DNA of 58,050 nt, the filler included, from Dimargaris cristalligena (Eukaryota), in assembly GCA_003614675.1 (NCBI GenBank). It is 5 parts of 5 records of this genome, joined end to end, with 100 filler letters (N's around TTAATTAATTAA, not from the genome) between each part and the next. Parts side by side here need not be neighbours in the genome. Positions count along the whole stretch, not along the records: positions 1 to 11,559 come from ML003104.1; positions 11,660 to 23,186 come from ML003105.1; 3 more parts are not named here. The stretch is one strand, 5' to 3'. The notes under the pieces were generated by a model. It made no database searches, was not told where the DNA came from, and was given only the letters and a program-made list of their open reading frames with translations. The position numbers and the translations under genes are program-made. Each line of letters starts with the position of its first letter. Positions within the stretch are counted from its first letter, which is position 1. Shown piece by piece: positions 1-12,432 of the stretch.

Positions 1-333
1 TTTGATGTATTTCTCACTTGCTATGATATTGCAAGGCTATAAAATAATAAATCAGAACTTCGTTGATAAAAGGATATATGTGATTAATCAGGGAATACTA
101 TGGTTAACTAAGTGGTCTTAGGTCCTACCACAACATAGTACCGAACTTTTCAGTTGTGGCCATATGTAGAATTGAGCTCCGTATCCCGTTAGATCTGCGA
201 AGATAAGTTTCTATCAGCCAATTTAGTACTGAGGTGGGTGACCACTTGGGAATAGTTGGTGCTACAACTTTTTATTTTTAATATTTTTTAATTCTGTGGG
301 CCTTTCTAGGGTTAGAAATATGAATATGTGATC

Positions 334-479
334 CATATGGGTGAGGTTCAACCGAACTGTATAACGAAAAATCCATTTGATGAGGGGAATACTACTGGTT
401 GAAAATAAACGTCCCACCGATTTTTCCATACACATATCGGTTAAAACCTTATACAACTAAGCTAAACTTCACCCATATA
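334..479 (+). mobile_element. MITE-like element, copy A (~146 bp, ~33-bp imperfect terminal inverted repeats)
   Basis: Left end CATATGGGTGAGGTTCAACCGAACTGTATAACG pairs imperfectly with right end CCTTATACAACTAAGCTAAACTTCACCCATAT. Colinear similarity to 12289-12432, 19018-19165 and 57881-58026. Confidence 0.75.
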
Positions 480-1150
480 TTGGATGTAATTTTGTTATTT
501 ATTAAAGAGAATTAACCGGTTTTTTACCACTTATGTCACTCAAATCTATATCCGGCTGCACTGCAACATTCCTATTTGGCTGCATACAATACTTAGATGG
601 TCCCACTCTAGTGGTAGGTCATTTACCTCCTATTCTAATATACGAGTTAGTCGGTGGAGATGTTTAGGTCTGACCCTACTTTATTGGAACCCCATTTAAA
701 TATACGTTTAGGCAGGTTTAAATCCGACCCAGTGCTAGCTTATTCTCTTTTTTTAAAACGTAATTATTTAGCAAATCGAACATATGAGTATAGGCAGGCA
801 TTATAGTTTAGTATGTATCGCAACCATAGCCCGGTTTTCTTTCACCATAGTGGCTGTATACTGGTACACGCCTACCCCTAAACTAATCGGCCGACTAAGT
901 ATGCATCAGGCCTTGTAACTACCAGATATCCACAAATTAGATTCGAGATGATTTATTGGCCATTAAAATATACAGAAATGAGTTTGATCTAGAAATTGAG
1001 TAAGCTGAATGACGAAACATGTCGGTTTAGAAGGTAGACGCGCAAATGGCCAATAAATATCGCTGCCCAGATAATCTATTGAGCCAATCCGTGCATATAA
1101 AAGCGAAAAGAGCCAGATAGAGTGACGGGTATAGTTAATGCTAACATCTA

Positions 1151-4100
1151 TCAGGTACGAATAAAGGCGTTTATCCTCTGGCACACCCGGTCGAGGTTTA
1201 CTTCCTTTTTACCAATGTGCTGCTTCAGGTCAATCGGGCAAGTGTCCCCGTACACATTTTCAAACTCCCATTCCAGATTGGACGGCGGGTATGTTTGTAA
1301 AGGGCATCGCATCCAAAAGGTGACGTAAAACCGACGCCGGCTGGGGTAATGGAAAAATAGCACCCGGACGCGTACCATTTGATTATCGGCAAGATACGAG
1401 ATCGAGGTAGGACACTGAACACGGAGGCGAACTATATCGCGTTGCAAAAGTTCCACCCGCTGCCACAAAGCCATAGTATCCGCTAGGCGGTCGCGGAGCC
1501 CCCGACTGGTCGGGAACCCATTGACGTGGGATTTGATGGCGGTCAGGATACCCGCCCACACTCCCTGGTCTTCATCAGTCGAGCACGGTAGGGACGGTAG
1601 TAGTTCCAAATCTAGGTGGGGCTGCTCCAAGTCGGCGGTCAAAGTGAGTGTGTTACGGTAATGGAATCTAACCGACTTGGTGGGATTGAATTCGATGATT
1701 TGTAGAGAGTAGAGAGAGCCAAGTGTGGTCAGTTCCTGTTTCCGGGCTTTAAGATCGGCGGCCTTCAGGAAGGCATGTGTCTTGGCTGTCTCTTGGGCTT
1801 GCGCAATTGCCTAGGTGGTCACAATGTAGAAATATAGTTAATATAATTTTCCAATGGTTAGGGAGACATACGATCTATGCTTTAAATATACGACTTCTAT
1901 TTTTCAGGACTTTACGACAATTTAACAACCAGCGTGTTATTAAAGAAAGATAGAGCGCAGTGGCCATATGCAAAAATATCGGGGGACACCCAGTCCTAGT
2001 CGGTACCACCAATCTACTTACTGCTTGGCAGGCCGCGATTCGCTCACGGAGTTCATCCCTACGGCGGGTTTGCACCGCTTGCTGTTCCTGCAGGCCGGTC
2101 AGGTCCTGCCGGTAGTTAGTCAATATAGTCGACTGCTCCTGAATATCGGTGCATAGGCTATCCAACTCTTCCTTGTCACAGCGGGCAATGGTTTCTTTGC
2201 GTTCCTTAGTCTTCACCAAGTAATCCCGGAGTTGTTCCCGGTAACGACCCAGGGCCGGCACCAGATCCTGTAGCTGTTCACTATACCGCTGGACAGCCTC
2301 TTGGTCGGCCTGGAGTTGTGCAAGACCCTGGTCGTAGGCCGCCAAGACGGGTTGCAGAAGCATTTCCCGCCAGGTGTACCACATTTTTTGTGAGTGGAGC
2401 CGGGCGTGGGTTTTAAGTAATTTAAAATAAAGCTCCAGTTCTAGCTTTTCCGGACGCGGGGCAAGGAGGTATTCCAATACACAGCTTGGGTTGTTAATGC
2501 GCATTTCGCTGGCCATCTTGGCAATAGTCTGGGCCCCCTTTTGGGTATTCTGGTCCAGTTCGGAACAGAGGAATTGGTAGAGTTCGAGTTCTGGTGACGC
2601 AGAGGCGGCAGCTTTGGCGTAGCAGCTGAGCTGAGACACTCGGTCCTGGATGGAGTCATCCTCCGTTACTGGGCTGCGCTTTACCACCGATGTATCGAGG
2701 CCCTCGATGAAGCTGATACAGGTCAACTCCAAGAATTCATCAAACGAGATGGGTCCCGGCAACTCGTCCTATTTAATGTGGTTAATCAAAGCCAATCATA
2801 AGGGACATAGTAATAGTTTAACATGATTAAGAATGCATATATATATATATATATTGACCCGAATGCCTGTCATTGTCGACAGAAATACCATACCATAAAA
2901 AAATCTGGGTTACATTAGGCCCAATCCACCAGTTCTACAAAATAACTTACCATGGGCGGATCTTCGTCAATAAAGCCTTCATGCTCGGGCTGAGCTGGGG
3001 CGAGTTCAGCCTGAATGGGCGACGATAATCTCTCCGGCGCAGGGGATACATTAAGCGACTGCGGCGATGGGGTATACAGGGGTTGGGGTGACGATTTCAC
3101 TGAAGGGGGCGATGGTTGGCTCAAGTGGGATGTATGGGGCGACGTTTCGACACCCTCCGGGGATCCGGGCGCAACTAGTAGCGGCCGGAGCGCCGTTACG
3201 TCACTCATTGACGATAGCCGACGTAGACTCCGTCGACGCGAGCGAGGGGTAATCTGGGGCGAGTTTTCGGGGATAATGGCAGTTGATGGGGCGGATACGG
3301 GGGATGTCTGTATATTGGGGCGTGCTGGCGGGGTCGCCTGGACCTGAGGCACCGACCCGTTTCTGGTAGGCTCTTCAGTTGGGGACACCGCATCGGGTGG
3401 TTGGATACCACCAATACACTCGGTCATTTCCATTCCATTGATACTGGTGGTGGTCATGGTAGGTTCAAATGGGGTCATGGAGGTGTAGTCCAGAGTCATA
3501 TCGACTGCCTCACTTATGGTTGTTGTTACAGTATTATCGTGGTCGAAGTTTTGGGCCGAGGAATACTCGGGATAGTTAGCACCGGGGTGACCAGCAAGGG
3601 AAGGCGCCATTTGGTTCATAAGGTAGGTGGACACGGGTGGACCCATTGGTATCGACGGAGGGACGCAGGTGGTTAGATCCATGGTTACTGTGGCATCAGT
3701 ATAGTCTTCTTCCGTTTGGCGAAGGGCAATGCCTCCGACGCACTCAGTGACGTCCATGGTCATATCCATGGAGGGCTCGTTGTTGACGAGTGGCGACCAG
3801 GTATCACCTTGGTCGTTATATGGGCTAGAGGGTGGCGACTCGGCTGGTTGTAAGCCACCTACACATTCAGTAACCTCCATGGTAGCGTCGTAAATATTGG
3901 TGGCCTCGGGGATCATGTCATCGGCAGAGTAATCCGAATCGTCTGACAATGAAAGTTGGGTTGTGGATTGAAATAGTTAAACCCGTGTATATACAATATA
4001 GGTGTGCCAGAAGGGGTTAGATTTTTCAGTCGCGAAACTATCGCTAGTCATGACCGAGGCACAAGGCATTCACGAGTAAGGCTCGCTAATTTTCGACGAT

Positions 4101-5805
4101 AAAGATCAAACGAAAGAATGTAATAGGGGTCGAAGGAGTTACCTGAAGAGTCCATTGGATGGTGTATAGTAGTTGTCACCAAACTCATATCCTCATCACT
4201 TTCGGAGTTGTCGGAGCTGCAAAAGTTGATGTAACCCGATGGAGGGGGCTTTGGGACAGTATTGCCTATATTGGTTGTATCGTCGCTTAGCACAAGAGAC
4301 ATGTTGGATTCACTGGATTCGCCAAGTGACCGGCGGCCCAAACTATTAGATCGAGGGGATCGTGCAATACCGCCCAGGCTAGACCCTAAGGAAAGTCGAC
4401 CGGTAACCTGGCGTAGTAGAGATGATGGTTTCGTCGTAGGTAGCTTGAATAGATTGGTGATCGGGTTGGTGGGCTTAAACGCCGGCTTAGGGGGGCTATA
4501 AGCAAGGTCGTCCGGTAGAATAAGCGACTCATTATTAATGGAGATATCCATAAGCGAGTCGTCGCCCTCAGTTGGACATGGTGACATGGGCTCGTCGGAA
4601 TCAGAGAACGATGATTCCGGAGAATCGATATTATCAGCGGGGTTATCAGTGAATGATGATGAGGCACCAACGACGCTGGCATCGAAGGAAGGGTTCTTTT
4701 CCGAAAACGAGGAGCTATTGCTCCAGTCATTATCCTTTTCGAATAAACTGGAAGGCATTGGTGCGAAAGCAGGTACCGAGGTGGTTATGAAATGGATAAA
4801 TAAGTGGGATAAAATGATCAGGACATATTACGGGATTCAAAGCCGGGTAGGCAGGAATAGACAATTTCAATCTGTAAGTTCAATTTAGCGGCTATGCTGG
4901 GAAATTCGTTTCATTAAAGTAAGTATGTGCGATTGTTGACTTACCGAACATGGGCAGTGGCAGCAAAACTGACTCGACGGTTGGTGGCTTTGAGACTTTT
5001 ACGGCGATCCAGTCTATTTGGTGAAGTGATGGTGGTTTAGAAGGGCATACTTGGCAGTATAAGTTTCTATTTTATACTGTCCGTCGAATTAAGGGCGTCA
5101 AAATCACACTGGGCGTAATTTTAGCAGAGGGAAAATGTTCATACACATCGCTAATAGAACCTACCTATAAGGATCGATGGGGGTCATGGGATTATTGAAA
5201 TTCAAAATACTACGAAGCGGCGTATCGAGCACCACTGTATCCGACTCCGACCGGAAATTGCCCAATCGGATAGGCGTAGGTAAAACAACCGAAGCGTCCG
5301 AAATTGAGGAATTGAGCGGGTCGTTACCGCCCACATTCTCATCGTCAGAGGAATCCGGGAAAGCAACCCCGGTCGAAGTAGACGAGCTGCCCTTGGTTTC
5401 GGGGAGGTCGGGTGATTGGGAAGTGCGTTTGGTTGGTAGACGACCGAAGTCCTATAACCGTCGAAACAATACAGGAGGTGGTCGAGAGATATTATTATAG
5501 TAATATATCGTTAGTTAGGAACTGTTTTAATTTAGGGCTGGGGGTTCAGAGTGAAGTTTGGTGAAAGGCACATGGAAATGGAAATGGAGGACACGAGGCC
5601 GGTTCTTATAGCAGCAAGACTAGAGCAGCGAATAGCATACCGATGCACGACGTTTCCGACGATTGGGCCGCTCTAATTCGCCATCGGAGCCGTCGGACAA
5701 ACGATCGCTGGCTTTGCCCGACGGGGTAATACTACCGGCGTCAGCGGTAAGCCGCAGTGGTACACTTTTACGTCGTGCAGGACGGCGGCGGTCGGGGGTA
5801 TTCAT
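1151..5805 (-). CDS. SPC105: Kinetochore scaffold Spc105/Spc7/KNL1; exons approx. 5805-5641, 5451-5165, 5013-4945, 4747-4143, 3942-2951, 2768-2022, 1810-1151
   Basis: Exons join in frame across GT-AG introns. N-terminal SILN and RRVSFA (SILK/RVSF PP1-docking motifs), MELT-like repeats (MEVTECVGG, MDVTECVGG, MDLTTC, MEMTECIGG), Spc7-like segment (ISFDEFLELTCISF...LELYQFLCSEL...ARLHSQKMWYTWR), coiled coil and RWD-like C-terminus. Confidence 0.9.
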
Positions 5806-6917
5806 GGTAGCCGCAAATGCGAGTGAGGTTTAAAAGCTTAATAATATAGAATAATATTAGGAGGTCGGTCAGAGTAGGAATAAATTATAAAGAAGCGGGG
5901 GAGGAGCTGGGCAGAACAAAAATTGCTGGGACTGGATATGAGTAGGCCAGGCTTGGCGGAGGTGGCCATGCGGAAGCGGCTAAAATCGAGACTGGCGAAG
6001 CTTCTCCTGGACGCTTCTCCTACCCGTGTCCCTTCTTATATGAAGACCCCTGAGCCATCCATACTGTCGGAGTTGCCTGGAAACCAATGGCTCGTTTAAC
6101 TAGTAAACAACAACAATTCCCACCTGCCATACCACTTCCGATAAGTCCACGTGATGGGTTATCCCTTGGTCTATATATAACGGCCAGCCCCCCTTTAACA
6201 ATTAGCTGGTTAGTTCACTGTGCAAATGTCGCCTGTTTGGTATTGCACATGTTACTTAGAAAGAACCCGAAATATAGATGATATTACTGTTCGAATAGTA
6301 TAGCTGTGGCTGAATAATCGAAAGTTAAACGATTGTCTGTATGTGATGGGTGAGTAATTACGTAGGACTGTAAGCTTGGCTAGATAAGGCACCACTCACC
6401 TCAGAGCGGTAGATTGTCTGGAGACGCGTAGGTGGAATCATCAGTGAAAAACAGTCCCCATGGGGGACTGTGAGCTGGCCAGCTATATTTTGGAAATTGT
6501 CATATTGAATAGCCAGTTAATAGTGGCAGTAAATATATTTAATGGCGTATATTGAACATGACGGTCTAAAGCAATTCTACTACGCCTTCAGAGTGAGTTG
6601 ACGGGTTATGGTTGCAGCCACAGCAACGAATGCGGCATTAATTGTATAGGATGTCCCAAGCTTAATAGTAGTAAAAGGAGCCATCAGGATAGGAAAGCCA
6701 GGCAGTGTACAGATAGGGCAGCCTGGATAGAGAACCCATTTGCTCCATCGACTAGCAGATGGGGAGTGTGAGCAGGTTATACCTTTCATTCGACTACAAG
6801 CGAGCCCCCAGTCCACCAATATGGTCACATCTGTTTTAGTTGGTGAATCCCCCTCCCATTCCAGCACTATTTAATATTCAGCTCATCTCTCAGTGCTTGT
6901 CCTTTATCCACATTTCC

Positions 6918-9900
6918 ATGGTCCGTTCACCCCCCAGACAGGCGGCCCCCGCCCTCGATTCGACCGCCCGACATGCCCTAACTGCTCACCACTTCCAGGT
7001 ACGCTACCTTTCGCAAATGGTCGAATTGCATTACATACTTCGCCTCTATTTATAACAATGAGTAATACTGGTTTACTCCGCATCGTTATACTCCATTATT
7101 GTATTGTCGGCAATGAAGAGATGTACCGCCGAGCGAAAGTTGGCAGTGCTCTCCACCAAATCCACCTAACCTAAGTAACAGGCGGCTTCTCTTAATCACC
7201 TATAAAGAGATATCTGAAGACGTAGTCAATAAAAATGAGCCAGTCCTCAAACAATCGCCCCTCTCCATTTCAGTATAGTTCGTATTCAGCCGTAATACGT
7301 TTAACCCAGGCTAGACAAACACTCACCTTCAAATGATTAATGTACCAATGCCATTGCCACCCCTCTTTCCAGTCTGACTTCGATGCCAAGGATTTCCTGG
7401 AGCGGGTCTCTGGCAACCTTGTCCTACAATCGAAGCGCACCGCTAAACAATACGACCCCAAATCATTCATCAGCAATTTCGAGGCCGTATCCCATGAGCT
7501 CAGTAAGCTCCAACGCGAGATTGAACAGCAGATGCGGGAGGTCGACCATGTGGCCCAGTCCTCCGAGGCCCAGTACCGGACCCGGGTCAAGGACATCCGC
7601 GCCGCCTTTCTTAAAATGGAGAAGAACTTTCAGATACTCGAGACCAAAGCGAATAGCGTTGGCAGCACCGCCGTGCGAGTGGGTAAGCCTCATTGGTGTT
7701 TATACAGTGTATTTTGGAGCGGGCATAGGGCCCATTTCGTGAGCTGTTTTATTCGGGTTCGACGGGCAATTTAACTGACCTTGTTGGTCTTATTCGGTAG
7801 ACACCTAATGTTATATATACTATGCTATTGCCCGGTTTAAATCCTATTAGGTGAACAGCTTGAGTCTATCGAGCGGGAACGCATGCGGGCTGCGGACATT
7901 GAGGATCTAGTAGAGTTCTTTTTAGAGTTCGGACGTGGTCGTTCAGCTCGTCTTGAAGAAATGCTCATTGATGGTGGTCCCGAAGGGCAATGTAAAGCGG
8001 CCATTATTACCCGGCGACTTAATTCCATCATCCAGGACGGCGGTGACTTTGGTGCGTCCGACCGGGCCAAGGTCAGCATTGAACAATTCTGCGAACGCTT
8101 GGAACGGGATCTACTCGATTCCTTTGACCGATCCTATCGCCAGCAGGACACGACCACCATGGCCAGCTGCGCGCGCGCCCTGATCGAATTCAACGGCGGG
8201 GCTTCGTGTGTGCAAACCTATGTCAATCAGCACGAGTTTTTTATGAAAATGGCCGAGACCCAGGTCACCCAGGCCGAACAAAGCTACCAATCCCTTACGG
8301 GTATCAATGATCTCAGCGCGTCACCACATACGCTGGACAGCGGTCTGAGCAGTTTCTTCCGCAGTATCGGTAAAATGCTGTGCCACGAATGGTCGGTTAT
8401 TTCTGCCGTTTTTCCCAATGCCCTGGCTGTCATGCAGGTACTGGCCCAGCGCGTGTTTGCCCAGTCCATCCAAAACTTTCTCGAAAATATGCTCCAGCTG
8501 GCCGAACACGACTCCCAGTTGGCATACCTTCGGGTATTAGCGGCCTGCCACGCTTGTACCAAGCAGCTGGTCCAGGATCTCCAGCAGTTTGATCAGGACA
8601 CTATTGTGCCCTTCCTCTCCGCCCAGAACACCGACCAGCCCGGGTCCCGACCAGCCGGACAGGGCGCCGGACCAGCACCCATAAATACCGTCTCGACGAC
8701 TATGCTTCTCGGTACCCAATCGGCCGCCTCGTTTTCTGTTACTCTCGTGCGTTGTACTGACGACCTGTTCGTCCCGTACATTGAAAACCAACGCTACGTG
8801 GATGTCGAAAATCGCTTCTTGCTAACGGCTTTCCAAACTCTGGTGGCCCGCTTCTTGGGTTACATTAGTCAGTGTCGGGGCCAGAAGCCGAAGGGGGTCT
8901 TCTCGCGCACCATTAATCAACTAACTGGGTCGGCGAATGGCCAATCTTCTAACGCGCGAGGTGGTAATCTTGACTCGGATGGCCATAATGGCGAGGGAGG
9001 TCCAGCCACCAGCCCGCATGCACCAGGCGCCGCGGGGGAGCCTCCATCCCCCAGTCCGGGTGGATATTCAATTCCCTCCCTTGCGGCCTCATTTGCCAAC
9101 TTTACCCATATCGGTTCCTCCCCCACCCCAGCGGCGCCTCCTTCGGGGACTGCTGCGGCGGCGGGGGCCAATGGGAACCGGAAATCCAACCCCACTGCTA
9201 ATTTCCGAATCATGACTGACGTAGAACTCGACCAGGAAGACACTCTCCCGTCCGTGGCCCGTACTCTACAGCTTCTCAAAGTCCACGCTGAGGCCATCAC
9301 CCGTTGCGTGGAGCTGAGTCCAGCATCCGACACCCCTAAGTACACTGTACGTCTGTTCGCCACTTTGACCGAATTTTTGGCTATTCGCTACCTGGATCCC
9401 GCCCTAGAAGTAGCCCTCGATGAATTGAGTGATGCTCCCAAGGGTAGTGAGCCCGATTTCCGTACCTTTTACACAATCAAGGCCTGTAACCAAATTGTGC
9501 ATTTGGTGCAGTGTCACTTCCAAACCGTTATTGTCCCCCTCATTGCGGGATCACCCTCACAGTACCGGGACGCGGTGGCCAGCAAGAATGAGTTTACCTC
9601 CGCCCTGGAACATAAATTAAATCAGCTCGCTGTTCGCCAAATCACCTCCACGACGACCTACCTAGCCACCGTTCTAGCTAAGCAAAAGAAGCAGGACTAC
9701 CGACCCCGTGACGAAGACTTCCAGGCCCTCAGTTTAGCCACCGAACCCTGCGAACTGATTGTTGACTTCCTAGGTCGGTACCAGCGGACGGTGGCCTACT
9801 GTTTCGACAGCCGCAATCAGGAACAAATGCTATTGGAAACCGGCCTAGTCCTCCACGGCCTGCTGCTAGAGCATTACCGGCACTTTACCGTTAGTGTACT

Positions 9901-10162
9901 GGGCGGTTTGGTGGTCTCGGATGATATTGCCAAATACCAAGAAGCCGTCAAGAAATTCCACCTGTCCGAGCTGGATGAGCGGTTTTCTGCGTTACGCAAT
10001 ATTGGCACGTTGTTTTTGGTGCGCTCCGACGTTCTGCAGTCTCTATTGGACGAAGACACCGACCTGGGTCGCATGGATCGCCGGTTCCTGGCCCCCTATC
10101 TCCAGATGCGGGAGGACTACCGCACCGCGCGTATTTCAGAAATTATCGACATTGCCATCTAA
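6918..10162 (+). CDS. SEC10: Exocyst component Sec10/EXOC5; exons approx. 6918-6998, 7373-7682, 7851-10162
   Basis: In-frame joins HFQ|SDFDAKDF and RVG|EQLE. Sec10 motifs VGEQLE, FNGGASCVQTYVNQHEFF, VFPNA...QRVFAQSIQ and KQKKQDYRP. Confidence 0.93.
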
Positions 10163-10648
10163 AGTCGTTCACTAATTATTTGGCTGGTTTTAACACACGC
10201 ACTTGCCTAGTATTGCTTTACTATTCTCATTTTTTAATCATTTTTGATCAGTTTTATAAATTTTAAAATGTTATTTTACAGACTAATGCCCCCTTATGTT
10301 TATAGTTAAACTTGTGATACAAAGATCATAAGGATTCCTGGAAGTATTCTAGGGTGGTATTTTAGTGGAAGTTGTATCTAGGATCGTAGTGGAGGTTTTT
10401 GGAATACCCATCCATTTACCCTGCTGTGCACGTTGTTTATTATCTCATCCATCGACTTTGATTTTAGTATCATACACTGAGAAGCTACCTTTAATCAAAT
10501 AAAACTCATTAACCAAAACTAAACTCTACTCCCGATCGACTGAAGTTGACCACAGTCCCACTTACTCGATGATGAGGTAATATTACACAAATCCATTACC
10601 CGCAAGGCTGAAATAGGGCAAGCTCATGATAGTCTCAGGTCCACCTAA

Positions 10649-11559
10649 TTAAGCATACATATGAATATCGCCATCGGATGCACCCAGTAACACAATCTCA
10701 TTATCCGGACACATGGCCATACGTGTAATAGGTGATCGAAAAATGGACGGACTAAATTTGGTCGAGTAGCCCTCGGATAGCTATGGTCCCAAGTTTGTTC
10801 AAGAAGTGGAAGCCCGCGTTACAGAGGTATAGTAATAATATTAAGCATACATTGGAACTCAGTTAGATATCCAATTCAGCAGTACCGAGTCACTGGGACG
10901 ATAGATACGGGGGGAAGAAAGGAAGGTGATGGAATAGATTTAATCAGGGAGTTACACAATAATGGGCACAAACTCTTGCCAATTCAGGGTAATTTTTATT
11001 CGACTTACCTGCTCGTAGAGCGGTTGAAAATGGATGGTATTTTGGTTTGACACGTAAATCAGTTCGTCGTTGAGGATATGGGCGTCCGTAATTTCGCCTA
11101 CACTAGCGTGGAACACCCGAGACAGTGTCCGCGTTTGGGGATCGAACAGTGCCAGTTTACGGTCATGTCCGGTGCGGATCAATAGTTGCTGGTGGTCGGA
11201 GGTATACTGTAGGTGGGTGATGTCATTGCCCGGGCCTGGCAGGATACCATCCGCCGTTAGGATCCGACCCATACGACGCTCCAGGGTCACGACGTGGCCA
11301 TTGGCGTAGGCCACCGATATATGATAGGGGTGGTGGGAGTGCGGGTAGGGGTGGGTACCTCCCCCTCCTTCGTTCACGGCGATCGCCCGGCAGGGCACGG
11401 CGGGGCCAAACAGGTTAGTGCGCCACTGGCCCAGGAGGTCGTGGTTGGTGATGCCCATGTGGTAGACGGTCCCGTCCCCCGCTACCCCGTAGACGGCTCG
11501 ACCGAAATCGGCCGGTTGGCAGTCGATGATTGTATCGCGCACATCGTGGAAAGCGACCC
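10649..11559 (-). CDS. 3' part of a WD40-repeat protein resembling the WDR81 C-terminus; 5' end cut by contig boundary; exons ..11559-11009 and 10780-10649
   Basis: WD-like blades (ISVAYANGHVVTLERRMGRIL, DITHLQY, LALFD). GTAAGT donor after 11009. Last exon reads LSEGYSTKFSPSIFRSPITRMAMCPDNEIVLLGASDGDIHMYA*, resembling the recalled WDR81 C-terminus. Confidence 0.6.
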
Positions 11560-11659
11560 NNNNNNNNNNNNNNNNNNNNNNNNNNNNNNNNNNNNNNNNN
11601 NNNTTAATTAATTAANNNNNNNNNNNNNNNNNNNNNNNNNNNNNNNNNNNNNNNNNNNN
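11560..11659. other. Artificial contig spacer (N44-TTAATTAATTAA-N44)
   Basis: N run containing a six-frame stop linker; the identical design occurs four times. Confidence 0.97.
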
Positions 11660-12092
11660 CCGCCACGGCAAGTACATGGCCTGCTGTCTGCTGTACCGCG
11701 GTGACGTGGTGCCCCAGGACGTCAACGCCGCCGTATCGGCCGTCAAGGCCAAGCGCACCGTCCAGTTTGTCGATTGGTGCCCCACCGGTTTCAAGATTGG
11801 TATCAACGACCAGCCCCCCACCGTCGTGCCCGGTGGTGATCTCGCCAAGGTCGACCGCGCCGTCTGTTTGTTGTCCAACACCACCGCCATTGCCGAAGCT
11901 TGGGCCCGGCTGGACCACAAGTTCGACCTCATGTACGCCAAACGCGCCTTCGTCCACTGGTATGTGGGTGAAGGTATGGAGGAAGGTGAATTCTCCGAAG
12001 CTCGCGAGGACCTCGCTGCCCTCGAGAAGGACTACGAGGAAGTGGGTACTGATTCTCTGGCTGACGAAGAGATGGAAGATCTTGAGTACTAA
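11660..12092 (+). CDS. TUB1: Alpha-tubulin, C-terminal fragment (5' part missing at contig start)
   Basis: [18 protein letters not shown]...[14 protein letters not shown]...[42 protein letters not shown], with an acidic tail ending in EY. Confidence 0.97.
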
Positions 12093-12288
12093 TAGGGACG
12101 GTAGATCTTGGCCCGCTCCTTGCCTAGCCTTTCGCCCCCGCCTCCCCTTTCTTCTCTCCATGTGGGACAATCTGGCCTCTCTATTCGCGCAGTGGTTGTT
12201 ATTATTTGTTCGTTACTGTGGGGATCGCCAACTCTAGGTTGATCAAGTCTCTTGGTCTAGATGTGAGAGACGCCCGATGATCAGTATA

Positions 12289-12432
12289 ATATGGATGAAA
12301 TTCAAACCAGCTGTATAAGGTTCTATATAATACGTGTATGGACGAGTGTGTATGAGAATAGCTTTTAACCAGTAATATTGGCCTCATCCAATGGATTTTT
12401 CGTCAAACAGCCTGAATGAACTTCTCCCATAC
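12289..12432 (-). mobile_element. MITE-like element, copy B
   Basis: Reverse complement reads GTATGGGAGAAGTTCATTCAGGCTGTTTGACGAAAAATCCATTGGATGAGGCCAATATTACTGGTTAAAA...CCATACACGTAT...CCTTATACAGCTGGTTTGAATTTCATCCATAT, colinear with 57881-58026. Confidence 0.75.

Noticed and set aside
11604-12237. 188-aa, 109-aa and 178-aa ORFs overlapping tubulin
   Set aside because: Shadow frames of a codon-biased, conserved gene.
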